From: a virus
Virus record (IMG/VR): IMGVR_UViG_3300036790_000551
Span: 28,832-92,831 of that record
Length of the DNA: 64,000 nt
Reading direction: 5' to 3' (one strand)
Part shown: positions 47,202-57,083 of the stretch, piece by piece
Numbering within the stretch: the first letter of the stretch is position 1
Layout of the letters: each line of letters starts with the position of its first letter
Translations under genes and position numbers: made by a program
Notes under the pieces: generated by a model
Seen by the model: the letters and a program-made list of their open reading frames with translations, nothing else
What the model was told of the DNA's origin: nothing
Databases searched by the model: none

Positions 47202-47770
47202 TCATGCTGCTTCGTCGGGAATGTAGAGGTTCGTGTTACAGTCCTTCTTGAGTTCGACCTGGCCGAACGAGCCGGCCCCGTGGTTGCCCCAGTACTTCCG
47301 ACCGTCGAACGGCTTGACGATTAGGTGCTCGCCCCGTCGGGAGGGAATGACGGCCTCGAGCAGGCCGTCGCGCTCCATGTCGAGCTTGAGCACCTCGGTG
47401 CTTGAGGTCGTCTCGTCGACGTCGAACATCCAGAGCTTCCGGTTCGGCGTGGTCACGCCGGCCGCCCGGGCGTACAGCGACTTCATGCCGGCCCAGTTGT
47501 CGGTGAGGGCCGCGTCCACCACGAGCGACGTGAACTGCCGGCCCGTCTGCTTCCATGAGCGGGGAGCCAGGCGGGTGTAGGCCCGGCAGTTGTTCAGGTC
47601 ACAGAGCCTCCGAATGGTCGGAAGCTGCTCGTCAAACTCGCCGCGCCAACGATGCGGAAGCCGTTGTTGCCCTTGGTCTTCGACCGGTCTAGGAGCTCGG
47701 AGTAGACGTACGTGTCCCCGTCGTCGTGCTCGGGAACGAAGTTGCGAACGATTTCAGAGTTGTCCAGCAT
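47202..47770 (-). pseudogene. Frameshifted phage protein gene
   Basis: MLDNSEIVRNF...NNGFRIV (start 47770) continues as RGEFDEQLPTIRRLCDLNNCRAYTRLAPRS in another frame; span 569 nt, break near 47647. Confidence 0.6.
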
Positions 47771-48110
47771 CGCTCTCCTCTAGAACTTGGACCGGTACGT
47801 CTTGAATCAGGCGCTTCCACTCCTCGAGGTCACCCCAAGCCAGCTCCACGTCCGAGCGAAGCCAGAGCGTGACCGGGAGCTTGATGCCGGCCCGGACCGC
47901 CGCTTCGTGGCGGTGGGTCCCCGACAGTAACTGGACGCGGCCGTTCAGCGGGTAACCGACGAGGGCCCCGTGTGTCCTGTCGAAGCCGGCCTCATCGAAC
48001 CTCGCGATGAGCATGTTCACCTTCTCGTAGTGATGCGGCTCCCGTAGGTCCAGGCCGTGCGGCGGGTCGCAGTCGGTGGGGTCGAGCCATGTCACGGGGT
48101 GCTTGCTCAC
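47754..48110 (-). CDS. ParB/sulfiredoxin-like domain protein
   Basis: VQLLSGTHRHEAAVRAG. Confidence 0.65.
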   Translation of the reverse strand: MSKHPVTWLDPTDCDPPHGLDLREPHHYEKVNMLIARFDEAGFDRTHGALVGYPLNGRVQLLSGTHRHEAAVRAGIKLPVTLWLRSDVELAWGDLEEWKRLIQDVPVQVLEESDAGQL

Positions 48111-48679
48111 GGAACGTACCTCCTGAAGGTGAGAGAGACCCGGCAACCCATCTCACGGTCGCCCTTGGGAATGCGGTGCTGGTGGGTCAGTTGGAATCCC
48201 GGCGGCATGACGAAGACGGAGCCGTTGCCTAGCCGCTGGCGCCACTCTTCCGGGATGACTCCCTTGAAGTCCTTCGGGCGCCACCAGATGTCGCGAGGCT
48301 CCCCGAAGGAGACCACCGCGATTGGATGCTCGTGGAGCATGCCCGGGCTGTCATCGCTGTGCCACCCGAGCTGCTTATGGGCGTCGTCGTAGCGATTGAG
48401 GAAGCAGACGTTGTATTCGTTGAATCCGACGCGAGCCGCCATGTACTTGTTCAACGAGAGTTGAATGTCTTTAACCCAGGTCGAGTAGGCCACGGACGTG
48501 TAGGTGCGGACTCCGCGGCCTACTCCGTACGTGTATTGCTCCCCCGGAGGCTCGGACATGAAACACTCCTGCCGAGCGTCGGTGACCTCTACCCAAGGCG
48601 TGGTTTCTCGAATGGTCTCGAGCGTCACGCCGCGATACACATCGGGAAAATATTGGGGTCTGATTTCAGTGTCCGCCAC
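48107..48679 (-). CDS. AlkB-family 2OG-Fe(II) dioxygenase
   Basis: NVCFLNRY, WHSDD, VVSFG, HRIPK, RVSLTFR. Confidence 0.92.
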   Translation of the reverse strand: MADTEIRPQYFPDVYRGVTLETIRETTPWVEVTDARQECFMSEPPGEQYTYGVGRGVRTYTSVAYSTWVKDIQLSLNKYMAARVGFNEYNVCFLNRYDDAHKQLGWHSDDSPGMLHEHPIAVVSFGEPRDIWWRPKDFKGVIPEEWRQRLGNGSVFVMPPGFQLTHQHRIPKGDREMGCRVSLTFRRYVP

Positions 48680-49223
48680 GGTCTAACACCTCCACGAACT
48701 GCCGCCACGTGTTGTACTGCTGCTGGAGGTCGGCCACCTCGTGCGAGCCGTAGACCTCCCTCACCATCCACACCTGGTCGTCCTCTAGCGAGCGCACCGG
48801 CCGGCCGACCTTGGCCAACCTGGCGTCTATCCAGCAGACGTCCATGAGTGACCTGGTGGGGTCAGGGAGTGAGCCGTCCTCCGTCCGGACCGGCCTGGTC
48901 ATCAAGACCTGTGTCAGGCGGTCGGTCACTCGAACCCCGCTTTTTTGAATGCCTGAATCCAGCGTTTGAATTCGGTAACCGTTCCCGGTAAGACGTTACC
49001 GAAGACACAGCATCGACCGTTCGTGTGTTGTCCGCCGTGTGACGGATGGCGTGAGTCCGCAGGGTCATGGGCTCCGACGGCGATGTCCATGTCCTGAAGG
49101 AGTGAACGCAGCAGGTCTTCCGTCTTTGAGTTCACGACTTCCTCCCAAGGGAGCGGACGGCTCCACCGATGGCGAACGCTCCGAGGATGAGGGCCGCGGC
49201 CGTTGCAATGAGCGGCAGCATGC

Positions 49224-49457
49224 TTATCGGTTCGCTTTCGAGTCCCGCTTGACCCAGACGGTCCAGGCCATCGCGATGCCGACATAGAGGGTGAGCGGCC
49301 AGGCCGCGCCCATCTTGGCGACGAAGGACCAGTCCGGCAGTCGGGTCAAGCGGGACTCCGTGCCGTCGCCTCGGGCCGTGAGGACCTCCATGTAGCCGCA
49401 GGCCGCGAACGTAGCGAGCGCCGCTGCGGCATAGAGCCCGACGATGGTGGCAATCAT
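49224..49457 (-). CDS. Small membrane protein
   Basis: AAAAGGA SD; two hydrophobic segments. Confidence 0.55.
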   Translation of the reverse strand: MIATIVGLYAAAALATFAACGYMEVLTARGDGTESRLTRLPDWSFVAKMGAAWPLTLYVGIAMAWTVWVKRDSKANR

Positions 49458-49627
49458 CTTAAATTCCTTTTCTCTTTGACATTTAACAATGGCTCACGAA
49501 ACGGCCGAAACTCTTCATGCCTTCATCGCTTAAATCATATCACGCCACTACGCTAATTAGAACCAAATGACCGTCATCGATGGAGCAACAGTATTCGGTT
49601 ACACGGTTAGTTTCGATTGGATTGAGA

Positions 49628-50440
49628 ATGCCTAAACTTCTCTGGTGCATCAATGTCTACAGTCGATTGAACCACCTCAGGCTTCAAGAGGCCCTAATCC
49701 GAAAGCACTTCGGAAACGGTATTGACCTGTTGGTCTTCAGTAACCATGAGAAGAACAAATCAGACGTTCTTCACTTCATGGAAGACCACCTCCACATCCA
49801 TCCGACTAATTCGGGCGGGCACACCGGATGCCAAGACGCATACAACGAGGGACTGCGTTATCTCAAACCCGAGCACAAGTTCATCATTTGGAGCCATGCC
49901 GACTGCATCCTGAGCGACTACTCGTTCATAGAGGAAACGCTCGAAGAGATGCAGGCTAACAACTCAGTCTTCTCTGCTTTAGAGGGAGTCACCCGACGCA
50001 CCAACCCGCGGCGGGGAGACTTCACGGACGTGCAACCATACGTCTTGAATGACCTCATGATTTTCCGTCCAGACTTCTACCAACGGGTCTTCCCTCGTTA
50101 TGAAGTGCTTGACGGATTGATTCAGAACTCAGACGGGACGAACACGATGGCTCCATACGGAGTTGAGGTGGCTGTCGGCCGCTGGGTCAATGGGGTCATC
50201 GGAAAGCATGAGACCATCCACGCAATGGGACGCAACGTTCAACACCACCAGATTGCGAATGACCTCGGCTCTAACTCAGCAATGGCTCACATGAACAACA
50301 ACTTCGATAGAGCCGTTGCATTCGTTGAATACATGTACGATGCCGAGACTGTTGGGTGGCTACACGAGCACCGAGTTCTTACTAGGAACTTTGATGACCG
50401 GCGCTTCGGTCCTGGATACGATGACCCTCTAGCGGAGTGA
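49628..50440 (+). CDS. GT-A glycosyltransferase-like protein (lower GC; alternative start 49580)
   Basis: INVYSR, NSGGHTG...YNEG, WSHADC. Confidence 0.5.
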   Translation: MPKLLWCINVYSRLNHLRLQEALIRKHFGNGIDLLVFSNHEKNKSDVLHFMEDHLHIHPTNSGGHTGCQDAYNEGLRYLKPEHKFIIWSHADCILSDYSFIEETLEEMQANNSVFSALEGVTRRTNPRRGDFTDVQPYVLNDLMIFRPDFYQRVFPRYEVLDGLIQNSDGTNTMAPYGVEVAVGRWVNGVIGKHETIHAMGRNVQHHQIANDLGSNSAMAHMNNNFDRAVAFVEYMYDAETVGWLHEHRVLTRNFDDRRFGPGYDDPLAE

Positions 50441-50444
50441 AACG

Positions 50445-51560
50445 CTAAGTCATCTCGATGGGGAAGTCGGGGGTCACCGCCAGTGCCACGGCGAGGTTCT
50501 TGTCGCCGTTCGCGATGATTTTCTGGCCGGTCGTGACGACCTCCGGTCCGGTCACCAGGTCGTTGCCGAGGCCGATGACGACCTTCTCAGAGGTCGTGAT
50601 GAGTGAGCCGTCGGCGTTCTTCGCGGGCGGGTCCGACACCCGATAGCCCTTGCGGCCGTTGACCTTCTCGCAGAGAACCGTGAAGCCGTCGCGGACGAGG
50701 CGCTTGGTCGCCATCTCGAGGCCGGCCCGCCACATCCCACCGCCGCAGTTCGCGAGGTCGAAGTCGTACCCGTCGAGGCGCTTGCCGTCCAAGAGGAGGA
50801 CGTACGCCGTCTCACAGGCCTTCTCAAGGGCGGTGCGTGCCATGGCCGTACCGCCGTGCGGAGAGAGGGCCGCGGGGACTCCGACCGAGAGGCCACTCAG
50901 GGTGATGTTCAGCGGGACCTGGAAGCCGGCCCGGCCCATGCGGTTCTTCCGCACCTCCAGGAGGCGCTCGCTCTTCTTGGCATTGGCGGTCACGTGCAGG
51001 TGGATGTCCACCACGTGGGCCAGGGCCGCCGCACCGGCGTGGTCCTGACCGGTCTTGGAGACGTGGGAGACGAGGATGACCGCGCCGCCGTTGGAGCAGA
51101 TTTGCCCGCACAGCATCTCCGCCGCCTCGAGTTGGTGTTCCGGACGTCGCTTTCCCCCGAGGGTCATCGTCTGGACGGAGTCCACGACAACAACACCGAG
51201 CGGCTTCTCCTTCGAGAGGTCACGAACGACCTCACAGGCGTCCTCGACGGCGCGAAGCGGACAGATGTATGGGTCGGCGTCCTTGAGACCGAGGCGGGTC
51301 CAGCGGGCCTTGACGCGCTCGGCGCGCTCCTCCCCGCTGAGGTAGAGGGCGTCCCTCCCGGTCGGGGCCGAACTCATGATGGTGGCGATGGAACTCTTCC
51401 CGCCACCGGGCATCCCACTGAGGAGCACGCTGGTCCCGTACTGCAGGCCCTGCGGCCCGTCCTCGGACTCCGCGAGGCAGGCGTCAAGGCCACTGATGTT
51501 GGTGGAGAAGCGTTGCTCCTCGACGGGAACCTGGATTTCAGACATCTTCTTAAGCGACAT
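50445..51560 (-). CDS. RadA/Sms-like RecA-family ATPase lacking Zn finger and Lon domain
   Basis: GMPGGGKS, YLSGEE, VVDSVQT, HVSK, LAHVVD, KNRMG; AAGGAG SD. Confidence 0.85.
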   Translation of the reverse strand: MSLKKMSEIQVPVEEQRFSTNISGLDACLAESEDGPQGLQYGTSVLLSGMPGGGKSSIATIMSSAPTGRDALYLSGEERAERVKARWTRLGLKDADPYICPLRAVEDACEVVRDLSKEKPLGVVVVDSVQTMTLGGKRRPEHQLEAAEMLCGQICSNGGAVILVSHVSKTGQDHAGAAALAHVVDIHLHVTANAKKSERLLEVRKNRMGRAGFQVPLNITLSGLSVGVPAALSPHGGTAMARTALEKACETAYVLLLDGKRLDGYDFDLANCGGGMWRAGLEMATKRLVRDGFTVLCEKVNGRKGYRVSDPPAKNADGSLITTSEKVVIGLGNDLVTGPEVVTTGQKIIANGDKNLAVALAVTPDFPIEMT

Positions 51561-51586
51561 TTGACTCTCTCCTTGGTGTGTTATCA

Positions 51587-51615
51587 ATTATATCGCAACT
51601 TTAAAGCGAGTGTAA
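51587..51615 (-). promoter_or_regulatory. Sigma70-type promoter for the radA-like gene
   Basis: TTACAC-17-TATAAT on minus strand. Confidence 0.7.
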
Positions 51616-51652
51616 CCCGGAAGTGAGACGCCTGTAGGGACTGAAAACTACA

Positions 51653-51703
51653 ATGGGGAGGGGAGACTGCGCTCCCACTCTCCACCATCATCTTCTTTTT
51701 TTT
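51653..51703. terminator. Hairpin with T-run, probable intrinsic terminator
   Basis: GGGAG/CTCCC stem with extensions, followed by CTTCTTTTTTTT on the plus strand. Confidence 0.5.
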
Positions 51704-51711
51704 GAAGGAAC

Positions 51712-52224
51712 TCAGTTCCCGAGCGACTGGTACAGGAACTGCTTGGCCTGCTCGCTCTGAGTGTCCACGTCGGCCCACTTCGAGAACTCGAAGGGCTCGG
51801 CGGTCTCATCGTCCGGGAGGGCAATCGCCCAGAGGCGGTCGGCCGCGCGGGTCATGGCGTCAACCACCTCCTGGTGCTGTCGGGTCGGCTCGTCGTTGAA
51901 CGTCGCCATCGGGATGCCGTGACCGGCCATCTTGTACGCGTCGTTCGTATTGAACGCTGAGTCACACATGAACGCGACCGAGACGTCCTCCACGTCCTTG
52001 GCGACGGTCGGCGAGACGAGGCCAAAGACCTCCTGCAACGCAAGGTTCAGGGCCCCGTGCACACAGAAACTCTCGGCCCTTTCGAAGCCGGTCGCCATTG
52101 AGCCCTTGGACCAACCGTCCTGGATGAGGTCCCGGGCCCGTTCGGTGACGGAGGCCGCAAGCGTAAGTACGGCCTCGTCGTTCTGAAGTTTCATTGTCAT
52201 GTCTTTCTCCTTGGTGTTCTCCAT
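51712..52224 (-). CDS. DUF6197-like protein, copy 1
   Basis: GWSKG ... FCVHGAL ... FNDEPTRQHQEV. Confidence 0.65.
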   Translation of the reverse strand: MENTKEKDMTMKLQNDEAVLTLAASVTERARDLIQDGWSKGSMATGFERAESFCVHGALNLALQEVFGLVSPTVAKDVEDVSVAFMCDSAFNTNDAYKMAGHGIPMATFNDEPTRQHQEVVDAMTRAADRLWAIALPDDETAEPFEFSKWADVDTQSEQAKQFLYQSLGN

Positions 52225-52346
52225 CGTGGCCAATATTACCACGACGGTTGTCGGCATGAAGGCCGAATGTATTGGTCTAACTATGGATGACTGTAGTATG
52301 GTGTTGGCATGAAGCATTCAATCGCGTTCACTACGGACGTAAAGGA

Positions 52347-52937
52347 ATGATTGAGCCCAACATCTACTGCAAGGTCTCCGGCATGGCCATGCGGGCCATC
52401 TCCCTCCTCAACGATGAGGGGCATCGGCTACCAACCGTAATCGAGATTGGAACCGCCGAGGGCTTCGGCACGATGCGCTACGCCGGCTTCTGCAGCCGGG
52501 TCATCGGAGTCGATGCCATGGTCTCCGGGCGACCGGACATCGTCTCAAACTCGGAGGAGGCGATGGACATCGACACTGCCAAGAGGGATGCGTTCATTCG
52601 CAACCTTCAGGGACTCACCGATGCAAAGTTAATCATCGGCTCATCGACGTGGCCGTCGACTATCACAGGGGTTCGTGAGGCGCTCAGCGGCCAACAGGCA
52701 GACCTTCTCATCATCGATGGCTGCCATCATCCGGAGTCCGCCGTGTGGCGGGACTTCGAACTCTATGAGCCTCTCGTCCGCTCCAATGGGTTCGTTATTT
52801 TCGACGACCTCTATGAGGTCGACATCATGAACTGCTATCGCCGGGCCCAGGAGGAGCGGGGGTACGTCGAGGCGTCCCGCTGGGGAGTGAGCACCCCCCA
52901 CATCCTCCAGGAGTGCGGACTACTTCGAAAGCCCTGA
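52347..52937 (+). CDS. Class I SAM methyltransferase (Methyltransf_24-like)
   Basis: VIEIGTAEG, GVD, LLIIDGCH, GFVIFDD; AAAGGA SD. Confidence 0.8.
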   Translation: MIEPNIYCKVSGMAMRAISLLNDEGHRLPTVIEIGTAEGFGTMRYAGFCSRVIGVDAMVSGRPDIVSNSEEAMDIDTAKRDAFIRNLQGLTDAKLIIGSSTWPSTITGVREALSGQQADLLIIDGCHHPESAVWRDFELYEPLVRSNGFVIFDDLYEVDIMNCYRRAQEERGYVEASRWGVSTPHILQECGLLRKP

Positions 52938-53288
52938 ATCGTTCGGCTCCTGCTCGAGGAACTCCAAGACCTCGGCGAACGTCCGACCGGGAGCGTCATT
53001 GAAAGCCGCCACATGCGTCGTCAGCGACGGAGACCCGTCACTCAGGGTGAGTGAAGCAGTCTTGCTCCGCAGGTGACTCATGACGGCAATGGCGGTCTTT
53101 GAACCCGGAGGAATGGCACGGGTAATCGCTCCAGCGATGCAGCAGCCATCGGGAGTAGCGAAGTCGCCCTGAATCCAGCCGTGCCGCCGAAGGTAATCGG
53201 CCACTCGCTTTAGGCCCTCAGCGAGGGGGATGTCTTTGTCCTCGTCGTTATACTCGAAGGGCTTATAGGGATTATCAAACTGGTTCAT
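52920..53288 (-). CDS. DUF6197-like protein, copy 2
   Basis: HGWIQG ... CCIAGAI ... FNDAPGRTFAEVL. Confidence 0.7.
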   Translation of the reverse strand: MNQFDNPYKPFEYNDEDKDIPLAEGLKRVADYLRRHGWIQGDFATPDGCCIAGAITRAIPPGSKTAIAVMSHLRSKTASLTLSDGSPSLTTHVAAFNDAPGRTFAEVLEFLEQEPNDSGLSK

Positions 53289-53596
53289 ACCGCTGCTCCC
53301 CTCGAATGAATCTTGTAATTGCCACCGCGGGTCCGGCTCAGCACCCAGCCAGCCGTAGACAGCGCTCCGATGTATTGCTCGAAGAGTTCGGCCGCCAGTC
53401 CCTCCGTCATGGGAGCCTCCGTGACCTCCACGGTGTCCAGGACGAAGTGCTTAGAGGCGGTGTGCTTGGTGCTCCGGCCCTTGAACGATGTGACGTGGCC
53501 CCAGCAGTGGGCCCGCCCGGTGTCCAGCGACAGTTGCTGAACGAGGAACCGCTGGCCCGTGGCCTTGACGGTCGCGATGCGTACGGTCTTGCTCAT
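53285..53596 (-). CDS. Hypothetical protein
   Basis: AAGGAG SD; coupled stops. Confidence 0.55.
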   Translation of the reverse strand: MSKTVRIATVKATGQRFLVQQLSLDTGRAHCWGHVTSFKGRSTKHTASKHFVLDTVEVTEAPMTEGLAAELFEQYIGALSTAGWVLSRTRGGNYKIHSRGAAV

Positions 53597-53894
53597 GGGA
53601 ACTCCTTCTTCTCCGAAGAGGTACGTTTGCGGCGGGACGAACTCGATGACTTTGGCCCCACCGGCGAGGACCTCCAACTTGGGACTGGTCGGTTTTCTAA
53701 CCCAGTCTTCTTTCCCGGGTACTTGACGTCGAGGTCGAAACGAGCCCGGAACTTCTTGCTCGGGACCATGAGCGTCGTCTTACAGATTAGGCATTGGACT
53801 GTGAGGTCGCCCAGGTCGACGTTCCAACCCAGGCTTTGGACATCGCAGTCGCAAATGGGTCCCGTGAGGTTGATGACGATGTCCTTGAACACGG

Positions 53895-54428
53895 TCACAA
53901 CTCCACAAGTCCGAGGCCGACGCACGCGGGGTACGCTCCATCGAAGAGTTCCTCCAGGCCCTCGAGCGTCGGGGGGAAGCCGAGGCTATGGAGGCCGCTA
54001 ACGAGCAACTCAGAGGCGCGTTCGATGTCATCGTTGAACGTGCGGTTGTTGTGAGCGTACTCGGTCATCACCAGGGCCGCTGCGATGCGGTCAAGCGACG
54101 GGCCCTCCTGACTGACCCACGCCGCGTGGCTCCGCCAAAGCAGTTCTAGGGTCGGCTCCATCTCAGGGAACCACTGACGGGAGAGGGCCTCCCGCCCGAG
54201 GAAGCGGACCGCCGCCTCCATTCGGGAGTTCAGGCCACGCACCGCTCGGGCCTCGTGCTCCAGGGTGTACGGGTCCGCGTGCCCGATGAGGCGCTCCACG
54301 TCTCGGCGGGCGTGGTATTGCAGACGCCCGCCCTCGAAAAGGAGGGAGGCGACGGTCGCGCCGTCCACCTCAAAGCGCTCGAGGTGTCCACGGAGGGCGG
54401 GGGAGAAGCGGACGCTAAGGCTAGTCAT
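53895..54428 (-). CDS. Hypothetical protein
   Basis: Coupled ORF; C-terminal LGFPPTLEGLE. Confidence 0.55.
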   Translation of the reverse strand: MTSLSVRFSPALRGHLERFEVDGATVASLLFEGGRLQYHARRDVERLIGHADPYTLEHEARAVRGLNSRMEAAVRFLGREALSRQWFPEMEPTLELLWRSHAAWVSQEGPSLDRIAAALVMTEYAHNNRTFNDDIERASELLVSGLHSLGFPPTLEGLEELFDGAYPACVGLGLVEL

Positions 54429-55332
54429 TTGGGCCACCGACCATGTCCATTTCGTATATTCGGTCGGCCGTGGCTTCCTCTCCGGCCTCGAATCCGCGCT
54501 GAAACGCGGTGGAGACGGCGCGAACGAACGCTTGCGCGAGGGAGAATGTATCGACGATGCCTCCATCGAACTCGTATTCGAGTTTCATCGGGAAGCCGCG
54601 GTCGTCGAGTTGCTCGCTGGTCGGGTCGTTCTCCACCGCGACGGTGGTCCACTCACAGGAGTCGATGCTTCGATACACTCGAAACCTCATTGGCCACGCT
54701 CCTCGTCCCAGTTTCGAAGCCGCTCAGTGAGCCGCTCCCGCAACTCCGCGCTGTCCGCGGCCTGGAGCATCTTCACGATGAACGAGAGCACGCTTTCATC
54801 GTTGTTGTTCAGGGCCAGGACCACGTCGTCTCCCTCGAACTCGAACTCGACCGGGGAGACCAGAGTGACGTCGCAGGTAATCGTTGCCTTCACGGCGTCA
54901 CCGCTTCGTCGTCCGCGCCCGCGGACTCCAGTGCCTCGTCCAACTGCTCGGCGTCCATGCACCAGTCGTCCGGGGCCTGGACCTGGGCCAGGTCGTACTG
55001 CTCTTTGAAGTGATGGTACAGCCGACAGGTGACCTGCCAGTCCCCGGTGTGCTTCTCGATGTCCATCACGAAGTCCACGATTTCCGTGGGCGTGAGGTTG
55101 TCCGCCACGTCCGTGGCGTCCAGGCGGTACGTCGCCTTGATGTCGATTTCGTATGACGCGGGAACGCTCTCTTGGTCTGACATGCTCTCTCTCCTTTTGG
55201 CCATGGACACAGCGGTCCGGCCGGTGAACGATTGACTTAGACGAACTCAGAGGCGCGAGGGGCACCGCTGATGGCGTCTAGCCGGAGTAAAGCGACCTTT
55301 ACTAGCGCTGGGACGCGGTAAAGGCTTGTTTC

Positions 55333-55698
55333 CTAGCCCGACTTTGACGACGCTTCCGTCAATGCGATGGCCTCATCGAGGAGAGCGAGGACCTCTTCCT
55401 TGGTTCGACCCAGTTTGTCGTTCCATCTAGCCAATTGACCGTCACACCTTCGGTCAATGACGCCGCGGAGGACCGAGGCGGGCTCGACGATGCCATCGCG
55501 GCAAGCGTTCATGAGACACCAATCGTGAGCCAAGCAGAGGCGGCCGTCATCGGGGGCGACCGCAAACACCCCGGAATTCGCGAATGCAATCGCACCGATG
55601 ACGCAGCATGAGTCTCCGTCACCATAACCGTACTGCTGCCAATTGTGTTTGGCCAGCCAGTCCCTGGCGTTTTGCAGGACCTCGCGCTCGGTAATCAC
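55333..55698 (-). CDS. DUF6197-like protein, copy 3
   Basis: HNWQQ ... CCVIGAI ... WNDKLGRTKEEVLALLDEA. Confidence 0.7.
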   Translation of the reverse strand: MITEREVLQNARDWLAKHNWQQYGYGDGDSCCVIGAIAFANSGVFAVAPDDGRLCLAHDWCLMNACRDGIVEPASVLRGVIDRRCDGQLARWNDKLGRTKEEVLALLDEAIALTEASSKSG

Positions 55699-56366
55699 GA
55701 GAGTTCCACTCCCGCTTCGGAGGCGAGGTCGGTCACGTCCGCAGCCTCTCGATTGGCGGCCGCCTCCTGCAGGTCTGCGAGTTTGACGCGGCCCTCCACG
55801 ATGGCGACGGCCTCGTCGTGGCTGTGCCCGTCCTCCACGTAGCGGCGGATGCGCGCGTCGCGGGCCCGGGCCTTGATGTTCGCCAGGCGGACCCGGAGGC
55901 CGTCGGGGTCAATTGACGGCTCCTCACCGTTCGCAGGCCCGACGGGCACGAGCGCCTCCTCGGGGACCGGGGCGGCGACCGGCTTGGGCTTGCGGGGAAT
56001 CGGAGTCTTGCTCGGAGCGAAGGGCCGCGGTTTGTTCGGAACCTGAACGCCGAGGGTAGCGTCGTTCAGCCGCCGCAAATGGAACTCGAGGTTCTCCAGC
56101 GTGGGCTCGAGGTGGCACTTGATGCTGCCGTTCGGGTTCGAGACCCCGAGGGTTCCCGGGACCTGGTTGCCCGCCGCGTCGGTCATCTCCATCGTGCTGT
56201 CGATGCGGTTCAGACGCTTCGAGAGTTGAACGTAAATCCGATGCTTGGTGCTCGGTGACTGCACCTTGATGAAGCCGCTCGTGTCCGCCGTGAGGAGACC
56301 GGTCTCCTGGGCGACGCGGTCAACGACCGCGCGGGCCTGTTCAAGGGTGATGTCGGTTTTGGACAT
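55695..56366 (-). CDS. Early NGxI-family paralog A
   Basis: GFIKVQ..TKHRIYVQ..NRIDST ... NGSIKCHL. Confidence 0.7.
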   Translation of the reverse strand: MSKTDITLEQARAVVDRVAQETGLLTADTSGFIKVQSPSTKHRIYVQLSKRLNRIDSTMEMTDAAGNQVPGTLGVSNPNGSIKCHLEPTLENLEFHLRRLNDATLGVQVPNKPRPFAPSKTPIPRKPKPVAAPVPEEALVPVGPANGEEPSIDPDGLRVRLANIKARARDARIRRYVEDGHSHDEAVAIVEGRVKLADLQEAAANREAADVTDLASEAGVELS

Positions 56367-56429
56367 TTTGCTTTTCTCCTGTTGTTGTGTGTGTTGTTGC
56401 TGTGGGCGTGTCGCGTTGCGTGTACGACA

Positions 56430-56459
56430 ATCCTATCGCAACAACTGTCCGCCTGTAAA
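56430..56459 (-). promoter_or_regulatory. Sigma70-type promoter
   Basis: TTTACA-18-TAGGAT. Confidence 0.55.
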
Positions 56460-57083
56460 GGCGGAAGAGGAGGTCACCAGTCGTCTCGGTCGATGTTGTC
56501 GTTCTGGTCTTCCAGTGCCCGGTCTAACCGGGCCTCCAGCGACCAGTCGTCGAAGTCAACGTCGGCGGCGTCGGCCTCGCGTTCGATGACCTCCTCCTCG
56601 ACGTCGTACCGTGCCTGCTCGTAGGAGAGTTCGTTGAGTTTAGCCCATTCGTTCAGGAAGACCGAGAGGGTGGTGTATTGCCACGGTCCGCAAGTTGAGC
56701 CGTCGTCTCCCGACTCGACTCGCCATTTGACCCGGTCCTCGACCTCCACCTCAGTATCCCCTCCGTGTCCCCATGTCACCGCGGCCTCGAGGAGGTATGA
56801 GTGCGCCGACCCGTCCGCCTGCTCGATGATGAACTCGTGTTGGCTCATTTCATCTCCTCCCAGCGACCGTCGATGTACTCGAGGACGACGAACGAGTCCT
56901 CCTCTGCGAATGAGACGTGGGCCGTGAGTCGTCCGCTCGGGCTCATCTCCAGTTCCCGGAGGCACGGAGCCTTGTCGTGGTTCGGCTGCATCCCTCGGTA
57001 CCAGAACTCGAGCCTGTCCATGGCGGCGGCCAGGTCCCGGAGCGCCTCCGTCGGAATGCAGTGCATGTCCCAGCGCGGCGCGG

